Shown: positions 1 through 10,123, numbered from the stretch's first letter. The stretch: DNA of 28,564 nucleotides from a virus (IMGVR_UViG_3300030098_000476:1-28564); one strand, 5' to 3'. Numbers and translations are program-made. Notes: generated by a model from the letters alone, not told the origin.

Positions 1-152
1 TAAGCGTACAAGATGTTGCATTAGTTATGAAAAGGCTAACTGATTTACAAACTGAACAAAATACTACTCTAAATAAAATTATAGAAATAGATGGTATTGA
101 ATATGGTTTCCACCCTGACTTAGAAGAAATTACATTAGGCGAATATGCTGAT
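1..152. repeat. Terminal direct repeat, left copy (circular overlap with 28413-28564)
   Basis: 1-152 matches 28413-28564 except at positions 33, 35, 38, 80 and 96. Confidence 0.97.
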
Positions 153-461
153 ATTGAAACATACATTAAATTAGGAATAGATAAGTACTTACCTGAATTA
201 TGTGCTATTTTATTTAGACCTGTAATTGAAAAGAAAAACAATATATACACGATTGAAGCGTATAATGGCAATATAAAAATTAGGAGTGAAATATTTAAAA
301 AAATGCCTGCAGAACAAGTGCAGAACATGCTGGTTTTTTTTTGGACTTTCGTAAACAAATTATTTCAGATTTTGCCATCGTATTTGATGCAGAGGACGGA
401 GGAAATGAGCACGCAATCGCAAGTGAAAGCTTCGCAGAAAAATGGGGTTGGTTCGGAGTAA
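27..461 (+). CDS. Tail assembly chaperone (gpG-like), 3' part; true start is 28232 across the circular junction (~213 aa)
   Basis: In frame with the ORF from ATG 28232 (69 extra codons). Contains a T9 run at 334-342 leading to an overlapping -1 frame ORF. Confidence 0.65.
   Translation: MKRLTDLQTEQNTTLNKIIEIDGIEYGFHPDLEEITLGEYADIETYIKLGIDKYLPELCAILFRPVIEKKNNIYTIEAYNGNIKIRSEIFKKMPAEQVQNMLVFFWTFVNKLFQILPSYLMQRTEEMSTQSQVKASQKNGVGSE
333..344 (+). other. Putative -1 programmed ribosomal frameshift site (T TTT TTT)
   Basis: GTT TTT TTT TGG in frame 0; the -1 frame is open to 601. Confidence 0.7.
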
Positions 462-601
462 TGCACAGACTTTGTAACCAAGATGTTAGTAAACTAGAAA
501 GTGTAACGAGTTTAAAATTGTTAGAATGTTTGACTTGGTTAAGTTACGAAACAGACTTGAACTCACAACAAAAAGTAAAATTGAATAATGAGCGTATATA
601 A
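341..601 (+). CDS. Tail assembly chaperone frameshift extension (gpT-like)
   Basis: -1 frame ORF beginning at the slippery run, with only a TTG start. Its stop overlaps the next gene. Confidence 0.65.
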   Translation: MDFRKQIISDFAIVFDAEDGGNEHAIASESFAEKWGWFGVMHRLCNQDVSKLESVTSLKLLECLTWLSYETDLNSQQKVKLNNERI

Positions 602-1196
602 TAAAACATACAACAACGTAGTCAACACTTTACTGCTAATGGCAGAAAAACACTACGGAATACAAGCAACTTCAGTAGGAGATGTGTTTGAAATAGATTT
701 ACAAAAGCATACTAAATTCCCATTACTACATATCAATCCTGTAAACGTAGAAACAGGTGATGCTACTCTAACATATAACTTTCAAATATTTATAATGTCA
801 ATGGTTACGCAAGAAAGTAATTGGACAGAGAATAGAGCTCCTGCAGAAGGCAATGCTGCAAATGCTTTTAATAAACTTTACAAGCCATTGACAAACGAGC
901 AAACAGTATACAGCGAAATGCTACAAATTGCAACAGATTTTATAAGTATGTTAAGACATTCAAAATTCCAATCTATGAATAGTGAAGAATTGATTAAACC
1001 TGATGGATTTCCTATTGCTACTAATGATATAAACTTTCCTATATACTTTACAGAAGGACAATTTACATTAGAACCTTTTGCAGAAAGATTTGATAATCTA
1101 TGCGTAGGTTGGGTATTTAATATTGGCGTTTTAGTACAAAATGATTTTAACTCATGTGGTGTACCGAACCCACAACAAAGAGGAGCAGGATTCTAA
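588..1196 (+). CDS. Putative tail terminator/completion protein
   Basis: 202 aa in the tail module; beta-rich pattern (FPLLHINP..LTYNFQIFIM..EPFAERFDN..GWVFNI). Confidence 0.5.
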   Translation: MSVYNKTYNNVVNTLLLMAEKHYGIQATSVGDVFEIDLQKHTKFPLLHINPVNVETGDATLTYNFQIFIMSMVTQESNWTENRAPAEGNAANAFNKLYKPLTNEQTVYSEMLQIATDFISMLRHSKFQSMNSEELIKPDGFPIATNDINFPIYFTEGQFTLEPFAERFDNLCVGWVFNIGVLVQNDFNSCGVPNPQQRGAGF

Positions 1197-1285
1197 TGAT
1201 TGAGTATTTAAAAAAAATAAATAAAATAAAATTAGGTAAAATAGAAATACAAATAATACCACCAACAATAAGAATAAAAATATGA
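1196..1285 (+). CDS. Small basic hypothetical protein, 29 aa (MIEYLKKINKIKLGKIEIQIIPPTIRIKI)
   Basis: Not in the ORF track. Fills the gap exactly, with a TAATG overlap upstream and an ATGA overlap downstream. Confidence 0.55.
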   Translation: MIEYLKKINKIKLGKIEIQIIPPTIRIKI

Positions 1286-1632
1286 AATACGAAGATGTAC
1301 TAGAAAAATTAGAAGCAATAAGCATTAATCTTGAAAGCTATACAGACTACCCACAAGCAGCTACAAACAATGCAAAGCGTGCTAGAAAATGGAAAGAAGA
1401 AAATGGCTCTGATTGCGGAACTCGTGTGGGCTGGACTAGGTCAGCGCAGTTAGCTAATAGAAAACCAATTAGCAGAGATACAATTGCACGTATGGCTTCA
1501 TTTAAAAGACATCAACAAAATAAAGATGTACCCTACTCAGAAGGTTGTGGCGGATTAATGTGGGATGCTTGGGGTGGTTCATCAGGAATAAATTGGGCAA
1601 TTAATAAACTTAAACAAATAGACAAAAAATAA
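1282..1632 (+). CDS. Phage hypothetical protein (YxDYP..GTxVG..RMASF.RH..WDAWGG domain)
   Basis: 116 aa ORF; motif resembles a domain I recall in phage head-morphogenesis proteins. Confidence 0.6.
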   Translation: MKYEDVLEKLEAISINLESYTDYPQAATNNAKRARKWKEENGSDCGTRVGWTRSAQLANRKPISRDTIARMASFKRHQQNKDVPYSEGCGGLMWDAWGGSSGINWAINKLKQIDKK

Positions 1633-1636
1633 AATT

Positions 1637-2086
1637 ATGGCAGAATTAACAACAACAATTACAGAATCAGTAATATTGAATGGCTCAATACGAGGTTCTT
1701 CAAATGTATTAACTACATCTAATATAGTTGATGTATACGAAAGAATATTGACTTTAGCACACTCTAATACTACTACAATAGTAACATTTGGTTCAACACC
1801 TCATTCTTCAGCAGGAGCAGTAGATGTAGAGAATGCTAAATATGTAAGAGTAACAAATTTAAGTACAACTGATGATATGATATTAGCTTTTGTAACTTCA
1901 GGAACAAACTATCAAGTTACTGTAAGGGCAGGTGGTTCTCACGTATTATATCAAGCTGAAGATGCAGTATTAGGTGAAGCAGACTCAACTCCAGCTTTCA
2001 GTGGATTAGCAGATGTAGTGACAATACAAGCTAGACCTAGTGCTACTACAGATGTACAATGTGAAATATTTATAGCATTAGTATAG
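1637..2086 (+). CDS. Hypothetical virion protein
   Basis: 149 aa, Thr/Ser/Val-rich, within the structural module. Confidence 0.55.
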   Translation: MAELTTTITESVILNGSIRGSSNVLTTSNIVDVYERILTLAHSNTTTIVTFGSTPHSSAGAVDVENAKYVRVTNLSTTDDMILAFVTSGTNYQVTVRAGGSHVLYQAEDAVLGEADSTPAFSGLADVVTIQARPSATTDVQCEIFIALV

Positions 2087-2616
2087 TGAAGCTAAAAAAC
2101 GTAGAAAGGTATTTAGATAGTTTTGGTAAATATACAATACAACAAGCAAGACAAGTATTAACCAAAAAGAAAAAGAACGTATCTAAAGATTTATACAATT
2201 CTTTACGTTTTGTCGTAAGGCACACTAAAGATGGATACGAGATTGGGTTTTACATGCTTCCTTATGGTGCTTTTGTAGACAAAGGTGTGTCAGGAACAGA
2301 CAATCAACAAATATTCAGAAATGTTGAAGGAAAAGAAGTTATATCGCCTTTTAAATATACTACAAAAAAACCACCTGCAGGAATATTATTTAAGTGGATA
2401 AAAAATAGAAGTTTAAAAGGTAGAGATAAAAAAACAGGTAGGTTTATAACTGACAAATCATTTTCTTTTGCTTTACAAAATAGCATATACAAAAATGGTA
2501 TGAAAGGAATTAGTTTTTTTTCAAGACCATTAGAATTAGGTTTAAAAAGATTTGGAGAAGATATACTCAAAAGTCTTAGTAAAGATATAGTAAAAGAAGT
2601 AAAAAATAATACATAA
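2086..2616 (+). CDS. Putative neck/tail-completion protein (HK97 gp10-like)
   Basis: GTG start; basic 176 aa with L.NSL, YGAFVDKG and C-terminal GMKGISFFSRP motifs. Confidence 0.55.
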   Translation: MKLKNVERYLDSFGKYTIQQARQVLTKKKKNVSKDLYNSLRFVVRHTKDGYEIGFYMLPYGAFVDKGVSGTDNQQIFRNVEGKEVISPFKYTTKKPPAGILFKWIKNRSLKGRDKKTGRFITDKSFSFALQNSIYKNGMKGISFFSRPLELGLKRFGEDILKSLSKDIVKEVKNNT

Positions 2617-4067
2617 TGGCAACTGAAATTATACAACAACCTCTATACACTTTTGTACCTGTCGGTCAAGAGTTAATTTATACAGTAGCAAATCCTTCTC
2701 AGGTAGCTACAAAGAAACAAGTAAAATTTGTAGCTGAAGTTTATATCAGTGCAGATGTACCGCCAACAATGACAGGCTCAACAAATAAAGTGGCTACATT
2801 TAAAACTACGCCGAACAATGCAGGAGTCGGTATTTTTGATTTAAGAGAGGTCATAGAAACTTTTGTAAAAGCAGACAATCTAGCATACGAATTATCATCA
2901 TTCAAAACAGAAACAGTTACTAGTAATGATTATATTCCTATACATATAATAGATAAAGCAAGTAGGGCGGCAAACTCTATAAAATATTTAGGTATAAAAT
3001 TTAGTACAGAAAGATTCAGTTCTGTTTCAAATAGCATAATTCAGTATGATGAAGTTAATTCAGAAATAAGAAGAATTTTTAATGGATATATAAGTTATAA
3101 TGAAGTCTTAAGACATGGTACAGGTGCTGAACAATACTACTATGGTTATAATATGAAAAGATTTAACTTGAATGGTTCAACAAAAGAGTTTTTAACAAAT
3201 GCACCTAATACACAATATGCAAATCAAAATGACTACGGAACTGCTGCTATAATGTTAGGTATTAATGGTTTGTTTCCTGCTACAGATGGTGCTGTAAGAA
3301 TTAAATTTACATATCATACATATTTGTCAGGTTCATCAAATGAGTTCTACGAAATAAAACAACCTAATGGGGGTCCTGCTTCAAATTCGCAAATGTCTTT
3401 AATATACAACAATATACTTTTCTTTGGAGTATTTCCTGGAAATTTAAAAGGTTGGAGCACAATGTATAATGGTATAGGAACTGATATAGATTTTTATACA
3501 TTTAAAATTGAAGGAGATGGTGGTGTAGATTTAAGTAAAGAATATACGATTAAAGTAAATTGTCCTGAATCAATACCGGGAGGTTCTAGTGCGTTTCCTG
3601 TAACACCTAAAAAAGGATATGAGCCAATTAGATTATGTTGGTTGAATCAATGGGGTGCTTGGGATTATTATACATTCACTTTAAAATCAACAAAAACGAT
3701 AACTACAAAAGGCACAACATACCATCAGTTAGGCGGTTCTTGGAACAATAATTTATATAGGTACCAGATGCACAAAGGTGGCAAAAAAACATTCAGAGTC
3801 AATGCTACTGAAAAATTAAAAATAAATACAGATTACATTACAGAAGATGAAGCGGTTTGGTTAGAAGAATTAATGAACAGTCCAGAAACATATATGCTTC
3901 TGAGAGGATATGATACAGATGAAAGTAATTCTATATATAATGACTATGTATGCCCTGTAAGATTAATTACAAATTCTTATGTTAAAAAAACAGTAGCAAA
4001 TGATAAGTTAATACAATATACATTTGAAATAGAAAAATCAAAAATACTTAGAACTCAATCTATATAA
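2616..4067 (+). CDS. Tail structural protein (distal tail-like)
   Basis: 483 aa; C-terminal WLNQWGAWDYYTF..INTDYI..WLEELMNSP region; directly before the large tail-tip gene. Confidence 0.55.
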   Translation: MATEIIQQPLYTFVPVGQELIYTVANPSQVATKKQVKFVAEVYISADVPPTMTGSTNKVATFKTTPNNAGVGIFDLREVIETFVKADNLAYELSSFKTETVTSNDYIPIHIIDKASRAANSIKYLGIKFSTERFSSVSNSIIQYDEVNSEIRRIFNGYISYNEVLRHGTGAEQYYYGYNMKRFNLNGSTKEFLTNAPNTQYANQNDYGTAAIMLGINGLFPATDGAVRIKFTYHTYLSGSSNEFYEIKQPNGGPASNSQMSLIYNNILFFGVFPGNLKGWSTMYNGIGTDIDFYTFKIEGDGGVDLSKEYTIKVNCPESIPGGSSAFPVTPKKGYEPIRLCWLNQWGAWDYYTFTLKSTKTITTKGTTYHQLGGSWNNNLYRYQMHKGGKKTFRVNATEKLKINTDYITEDEAVWLEELMNSPETYMLLRGYDTDESNSIYNDYVCPVRLITNSYVKKTVANDKLIQYTFEIEKSKILRTQSI

Positions 4068-4068
4068 T

Positions 4069-6981
4069 ATGTCAGTACAACTAAGTTTATACCCACAGCA
4101 ATATGACGGTACTTTTAATAGTATAACAGTTAATGCAACTAATATGTGTGCAGATGCTGAATTTGGTTTTACTTGGCTAAATGCTGTAAATAATTATACT
4201 ACTGTTTCAGCTGCAACAACTTGGTTCAATATGCCTTTGAAAATGGCGCAAGATTTGAATATAACCGCTTCACCTATGCCTATGAATGAATGGTTAGTAG
4301 GTGCAAGACTTGCATCAGATATGTTTACAGGAATAGTCGGCTCTGATAGAGTGTTGTATTTAGGTCAAGCAACAGTAACAAGCACACTAGGAGAAGCGTG
4401 TTTGATACAAAGAATAACAGGATTAACAGTAGGTGCTCAATATAGGTCTGAAGCATTTTTTTCAATAGATGGTGGAACTGCTGAAGTTTCACATTCTATT
4501 ATCGATAGTGCCAATGGCTTAAATGCACCTGTATTAAATCAAGTTACAACGTATGCTAACGGACAACATTCTGATGCCAAACTTTTTACAGCACCTTCTG
4601 ATGAAGTTATAATTGGTATAGCATTCAAACCTGCTTCAGGTGCTACATCAAATACTATTCAGTTTGATACTAATGTTAGTTATACAGGGCAGCAATATGT
4701 ATGGAATGTTAGCTTAGAACAACAATCAGGCTCAGGTGCTATTAATCAGCTTGCAGATGGTCAGGTTATAGTAGATTTATATGAAGATGAAAACATACCT
4801 TTAACATTAAGTATAGATGACTTTACTAATGTAGCAGAGAAAGTACAATCTTACTCAAAGGCGTTTAAATTACCAGGAACTAAACGAAACAATTTGATAT
4901 TTGATAATATATTTGAAATAACTAGAACAGCCCAAAAAACATTATTATTCAATCCTTATCTTAGAACGCAATGCTGCTTAAAAGAAAATGGTATAATTTT
5001 ATTTGAAGGATATTTAAGACTAATAGATGTTCAAGACAAAGAAGGAGAAAGAAGTTATAACGTAAACTTATATTCTGATAATATAGCGCTGGCAGATGTA
5101 TTAAAAGATAGGACATTTAGAGATATAGGTTTTGAAGAACTAGAACATTTATACGATAAGTCAAATATAAAAAGAAGTTGGAATACAGCAGGTAATGCAA
5201 TAGCTTGGACAAATTCAAATATGTCAGGTTTTAGAACAGACTATCAAACATTAAAATATCCTTTTTGTGATTGGAATCATCAATTCAAAATAGCAGATGG
5301 TTCAGATGGTACTAATGCAGAAATTGGTATGCCACAACTTAACACTTTGCAAGAAGCATTTAGACCTTGGATTAGTTTACACTATTTAGTAAATAGAATA
5401 TTTGATGCTACTGATTTTACGTATGTAAGTGAGTTTTTTGAAAGTGATGATTTTAAAAATATGTATATGGACTTTAATTGGGGTTCTGAAGTTACTCCAG
5501 GTTCATTTGATATTATGGGTTATAGAAGCACTAGAGATAGGGCAATTAATTTTAGTCTATCCCCATTATACAATTTAACAGGTAGTTATTTAAAATTACC
5601 TCCTTCGACATTGCCATCAGGACCAGCTATACTACAATCAGGCGACCCATATCCTGTTGAGTTAGGTCATTCAGCAACAGACTTTACAGCAGGTACAGGT
5701 TCGGTCTGGACAGCTCAATTTGATAATCAATTATACAAGGTAACTTGGCAATATCAATTTAGAGAAACGACAGGTTCAGCTTCTTGTACAGTTTCTTATA
5801 GATGGATACACGAAACAGCAGCAGGTGTTGCTACACCCATACCTGGACAAGGAGATACTGACGTAATTTCAACTGCTAAGCTTGAAAGTGATAGTTTTGA
5901 AATATATTTAGCAATAGGTGATAAAATATATTGTGAAGCAAAAGTAGATTCAGGCGCTGCTTATGTTGAAAGGGCAGCAGTTGGTATAGCATCTTCAACA
6001 GCTACAACTACAAACGACACACTACTAGGAACGCTTAGAGGAGATTTAAAGCAATGGGATTTTCTTAAAGGATTAATAAATCTATTCAATCTAGTTACTA
6101 TTCCTGACCCTGATAATAAAAATGTTATAAAAATAGAACCTTATCCTACTATATTTAATCAAGATATTGTAGACCCTACTTCAGCAATAGGTACAACATT
6201 AAGTGACAGAATTATACAACACGATTGGACAGACAAAATAGATGTATCACAAATTGTCTTAAAACCTTTGACAGACTTGAATAAATTTACAATATTTAAG
6301 TATGAAGAAGAAAGTGATGATTATATGTTTAATAATTATAAGCATTCAGTACAAGGTTATTTATATGGTAGTAAAGTTTATGATGCAAGTGGTTTTGACA
6401 CGTTAGCAGGAGAAGATGAAATAATTGCTTCACCATTTGCAGCAACTATTATGAAGCCATTAATGACACAATATGAAGAACTTATAGTACCTACAATGTA
6501 TTCGTTAAATGATGATGGTACTACTTCAGGTATAGAAAATATGCCTAGAATATGCTACAATAATGGAGTAATAGATTTAACATCATCAGGAACCAGCTAT
6601 TATTTACCGCAACAAAATGGTGGTGCAAGTGCTAATGAAGAAGAATATCTAAGATTCAGCCACTTATCACAACTACCTGCTACAGGAACGCCCACATCAG
6701 GAACAGTAAGAGATTTAAACTATGCTGTAATACAATTAGTGGTGCCAGGTGTTTCAGCTCCAATAAATAATTTATACAATATGTATTGGGCTCCTTATTA
6801 TAATGAATTATACAATTCAGATACAAGGACTATGAGTATAAAAGTTGATTTAAACTCAGCAGATATTGCAAGTTTTCAATTTAGTGATAGAGTGTTTATA
6901 AAAAATAGAGCATTTAGAGTTAATAAAATTGACTATAAGCCAGGAGATTTATCAACAGTTGAATTTATTTTAATACCTTAA
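4069..6981 (+). CDS. Large tail tip/baseplate hub protein
   Basis: 970 aa; DLYEDENIPLTLSI..SYSKAFKLPGT..EGYLRL core with beta-rich insertions. Confidence 0.6.
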   Translation: MSVQLSLYPQQYDGTFNSITVNATNMCADAEFGFTWLNAVNNYTTVSAATTWFNMPLKMAQDLNITASPMPMNEWLVGARLASDMFTGIVGSDRVLYLGQATVTSTLGEACLIQRITGLTVGAQYRSEAFFSIDGGTAEVSHSIIDSANGLNAPVLNQVTTYANGQHSDAKLFTAPSDEVIIGIAFKPASGATSNTIQFDTNVSYTGQQYVWNVSLEQQSGSGAINQLADGQVIVDLYEDENIPLTLSIDDFTNVAEKVQSYSKAFKLPGTKRNNLIFDNIFEITRTAQKTLLFNPYLRTQCCLKENGIILFEGYLRLIDVQDKEGERSYNVNLYSDNIALADVLKDRTFRDIGFEELEHLYDKSNIKRSWNTAGNAIAWTNSNMSGFRTDYQTLKYPFCDWNHQFKIADGSDGTNAEIGMPQLNTLQEAFRPWISLHYLVNRIFDATDFTYVSEFFESDDFKNMYMDFNWGSEVTPGSFDIMGYRSTRDRAINFSLSPLYNLTGSYLKLPPSTLPSGPAILQSGDPYPVELGHSATDFTAGTGSVWTAQFDNQLYKVTWQYQFRETTGSASCTVSYRWIHETAAGVATPIPGQGDTDVISTAKLESDSFEIYLAIGDKIYCEAKVDSGAAYVERAAVGIASSTATTTNDTLLGTLRGDLKQWDFLKGLINLFNLVTIPDPDNKNVIKIEPYPTIFNQDIVDPTSAIGTTLSDRIIQHDWTDKIDVSQIVLKPLTDLNKFTIFKYEEESDDYMFNNYKHSVQGYLYGSKVYDASGFDTLAGEDEIIASPFAATIMKPLMTQYEELIVPTMYSLNDDGTTSGIENMPRICYNNGVIDLTSSGTSYYLPQQNGGASANEEEYLRFSHLSQLPATGTPTSGTVRDLNYAVIQLVVPGVSAPINNLYNMYWAPYYNELYNSDTRTMSIKVDLNSADIASFQFSDRVFIKNRAFRVNKIDYKPGDLSTVEFILIP

Positions 6982-6983
6982 AT

Positions 6984-7853
6984 ATGAGTAAATATAATCA
7001 TCCAACAGTTAGTGCAGCACCAGGATTTAGTGTATATCCATTAGAAGTTAGTGAAATAGGAATAGTTACATTTACAGATGATGGTACAACTGAAATTAGA
7101 CCTACACAATTACAATGTGAAAGGTATGGTTATGAATTTGATGTTACGACAGGTACTTGCTACGCTTTTAAACCTTCTTTTAAATTAATTGAATCAATAG
7201 GTAAGACTACTAACTTTGTAAAAGGTCAAGATAATACACTTTCTAGAGGTGTAGAAAATACATCTATTACAGGTCAATCAAATACAGTTTTAAACAATAC
7301 TAGAAGCAATGTAATAATAGGTAACAATCACACTATTAATAAAAACCTCAATAATGGTATTGTTACAGGAACTAAGGCAAATGTAACAACTTCAGGTTCA
7401 TTAACAATGGGTGGTAATCAACCGACAGATAATTTATCTGAAAGGCAAACTATAATATTACAGTACGGCTGTCAGACTACAGGAACAGCAAATGTTTCAG
7501 CAGGTATAAATAATGAATCAGGAGTTAGATTTGTATTACCGCAAGACGCTATATGTTATTTTCACGCAGATACAATAGCAGTTAGAACAGGGGGTTCTTC
7601 AGGAACAGGTGCTGTTGGTGATTATGCTTCTTATGTTGAACGTGGTGTTTTAATAAATAAAGGCGGTACAACAAGTATTCAAAGAGAAAGAGATACAATA
7701 AAGACTTCAGGAACTGTTACAAATTGGCGAATATTAGCAGCAGCAGGTTCAGGACAAACATTAGCGTTACAGTGTAGAGGAAACACGAATCAGACATTAG
7801 AATGGAATATGACAGTTAGAATAACAATGATACAAACAGACGTAAGTTTATAA
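6984..7853 (+). CDS. Tail fibre/receptor-binding-like protein
   Basis: 289 aa with Asn/Gly/Thr beta-helix-like repeats (GQDNTL, GQSNTV, GNNHTI). Confidence 0.5.
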   Translation: MSKYNHPTVSAAPGFSVYPLEVSEIGIVTFTDDGTTEIRPTQLQCERYGYEFDVTTGTCYAFKPSFKLIESIGKTTNFVKGQDNTLSRGVENTSITGQSNTVLNNTRSNVIIGNNHTINKNLNNGIVTGTKANVTTSGSLTMGGNQPTDNLSERQTIILQYGCQTTGTANVSAGINNESGVRFVLPQDAICYFHADTIAVRTGGSSGTGAVGDYASYVERGVLINKGGTTSIQRERDTIKTSGTVTNWRILAAAGSGQTLALQCRGNTNQTLEWNMTVRITMIQTDVSL

Positions 7854-7864
7854 AAAAATAAGAT

Positions 7865-9337
7865 ATGGCAACTACAGAAACATTAACGTTCAACGTAAAA
7901 TCTAATATAGGAAAAACAGCAAAAGATGCATCAGAATTAGCTAGTGAATTTAAGCTAATGGGCGTTTCTTTAAATGATGTTAGAAATGGCTTTAGAGCTA
8001 TCGCAAGAACTGCTGCAGCTTCATTCGCAACTATTAACAAAGCAATAAAGACATCTATCATTGGTGTATTTATAGCAGCAATAGCATCATTAGTAACTTA
8101 TTTTACTCAATCAAAAAGAGGTGCAGAACAATTAGGTCAAGCATTAGCAGGATTAACAGCGGGATTTAATGTTTTAGTTGATAGAGTTATACAATTTGGT
8201 GAAGGTTTAGGTAAACTACTTAGTGGTAATTTAAGTGGCTTGACACAAATGAAAAATGCTTTTAAAGATATAGGGGTTGAAATAGCAAATGACGTGAGAG
8301 AAGCTACTGCATTAGAAGAAGCATTTCAAAGATTGAAAGATTCAAATAGAGAATTAAATGTTGAAACAGCAAGACGTAGAGCAGAAATTGAAGCGTTAAA
8401 ATTAATTGCTGAAGATACAACAAAGTCAGAAGAAGAAAGATTAGCAGCAGCTGAAAAGGCATTTAAAATTGAAAATGATTTATTAGCACAACGTATAGCA
8501 AATGCAGAAGAAGCAGTTAGAATACAAAGAGAGCAAAATGAACTAAACGAAAGTAGTGAAGCGGATTTAGATGCTTTAGCACAAAGAGAAATAGAGCTAT
8601 TTAATATTAGGCAAGAAAGTACAACAAAACAAATTGAATTAAATAACAAAATCAACTCTATTAAAAGAGAAGCAGAAGCAAAAGAATTAGAAGCACTACA
8701 AGCCCTTAAAGACGCAGAAGCTGAAAGATTAGGCGAGTTAGAAAGAATATCTACAAGTATAGAACAAGCATACGACAAACAACAAAAAGCTATCACGAAT
8801 TTAATGGACACTGAAAAGCAATTTTTTAATGAAAAGGTAGAGCAAGATATGACTATTCAACAATTAAGTGAGCAAAGAGTTGAATGGGCTGCAATGTCAG
8901 ACAAAGAAAGAATGATGATAGCTTCAACTACTGCTAAAAATATGGCAAAAATATTAGGAGAAGAAAGTGAAGCTGGTAAAGCTTTTGCTATTATGGCAAC
9001 TACAGTTGATACTTTCCAATCTGCACAATCAGCTTACAAATCTATGGCAGGTATTCCTGTTGTGGGTCCTGCGTTAGGAGCAGTAGCAGCAGCCGCAGCA
9101 GTAGCAGCAGGTATGAAAAATATTGCAGCAATTAAAAGTGCAAAAAAAGGAGGCGGTGGTGGTGCTTCAATACCTGCATCAGCACCTGCAGCAACTCCAG
9201 CACCTCAAATGATGTCAGGTGAGTTTGACTTAACAGGTGGAATTGAACCTGAGCCTACTAAGGCGTTTGTAGTGACAGATGAAATGACAGACAGTCAGAA
9301 TCAATTAGCAAACATTAGAAGGAGAGCAACAATTTAA
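7865..9337 (+). CDS. Tape measure protein
   Basis: 490 aa; Ala-rich, long coiled coil, hydrophobic segments (IIGVFIAAIASLVTYF; IPVVGPALGAVAAAAAVAAG). Confidence 0.75.
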   Translation: MATTETLTFNVKSNIGKTAKDASELASEFKLMGVSLNDVRNGFRAIARTAAASFATINKAIKTSIIGVFIAAIASLVTYFTQSKRGAEQLGQALAGLTAGFNVLVDRVIQFGEGLGKLLSGNLSGLTQMKNAFKDIGVEIANDVREATALEEAFQRLKDSNRELNVETARRRAEIEALKLIAEDTTKSEEERLAAAEKAFKIENDLLAQRIANAEEAVRIQREQNELNESSEADLDALAQREIELFNIRQESTTKQIELNNKINSIKREAEAKELEALQALKDAEAERLGELERISTSIEQAYDKQQKAITNLMDTEKQFFNEKVEQDMTIQQLSEQRVEWAAMSDKERMMIASTTAKNMAKILGEESEAGKAFAIMATTVDTFQSAQSAYKSMAGIPVVGPALGAVAAAAAVAAGMKNIAAIKSAKKGGGGGASIPASAPAATPAPQMMSGEFDLTGGIEPEPTKAFVVTDEMTDSQNQLANIRRRATI

Positions 9338-9341
9338 AAAT

Positions 9342-9371
9342 CAAATAAATATTAATTAAATACATTATATA
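9342..9371 (+). promoter_or_regulatory. Putative phage late promoter, copy 1
   Basis: CAAATA-N13-TACATTATATA, ending 2 nt before ATG 9374. Confidence 0.7.
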
Positions 9372-9373
9372 AT

Positions 9374-10099
9374 ATGCCTTGCGAAAAATGTGATAACGGA
9401 AAATACAAATGGGGAACTAGAGGTTCTTGTGAATATGAAACAGCACAAGAATGTGATGAAGCCAACAAAGATTATTATGAAGAAATGAAAACTACTAGAA
9501 TTGTTGAGTTAGTAATATCTGATGAAAATCAAGAACTTGCTATCGATGCAATAAGTTTAGTGGCTAATCCTGCTATTGAGCAAGATATGGTTTATTTCAA
9601 TAAAAAGAAAAACAACTTGACATTAGCTAAAATAGATGAAGAAAAAAGAATGCTAGTAAGTCCTGCATTGATACCTAATAAGCAAATATTTAGATACGAC
9701 CCAAATACTGATTCAGAATACTACGTTTACTTCAGTCCTGAAACAGTACGTAAAGCATCTGAATTATACTTAAAACACAACAATCACCACAAAGCTACAT
9801 ACGAACATCAAGACAGAGTGAGCGGTGTTTTAACTGTGGAATCTTGGATAAAAGAAGGCGATATGGATAAGTCAAAAATGTATGGTTACGATTTGCCAAA
9901 CGGAACATGGTTCGTTAAGATGAAAATAAACAACACAGAGCTTTGGAATAAAATAAAAGCAGGTGAATTAAAGGGCTTATCAATTGAGGGTTACTTTACA
10001 GATAAAATGGAAGAAATGTCTGAAAGAACTCCTACAAACGAAGAAATACTATCGGCTTTGAATGAGATAATAAAGGAAAATCAAATAACTAACAAATAA
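9374..10099 (+). CDS. Prohead serine protease (XkdF-like)
   Basis: AISLVANPAIE, ALIPNKQIFR, TYEH, ESW, GTWFVKMK, GELKGLSIEG motifs; precedes scaffold and capsid. Confidence 0.8.
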   Translation: MPCEKCDNGKYKWGTRGSCEYETAQECDEANKDYYEEMKTTRIVELVISDENQELAIDAISLVANPAIEQDMVYFNKKKNNLTLAKIDEEKRMLVSPALIPNKQIFRYDPNTDSEYYVYFSPETVRKASELYLKHNNHHKATYEHQDRVSGVLTVESWIKEGDMDKSKMYGYDLPNGTWFVKMKINNTELWNKIKAGELKGLSIEGYFTDKMEEMSERTPTNEEILSALNEIIKENQITNK

Positions 10100-10111
10100 T
10101 TACATTATATA
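10082..10111 (+). promoter_or_regulatory. Putative phage late promoter, copy 2
   Basis: CAAATA-N13-TACATTATATA upstream of ATG 10124. Confidence 0.7.
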
Positions 10112-10123
10112 AAAAAAGAACCT

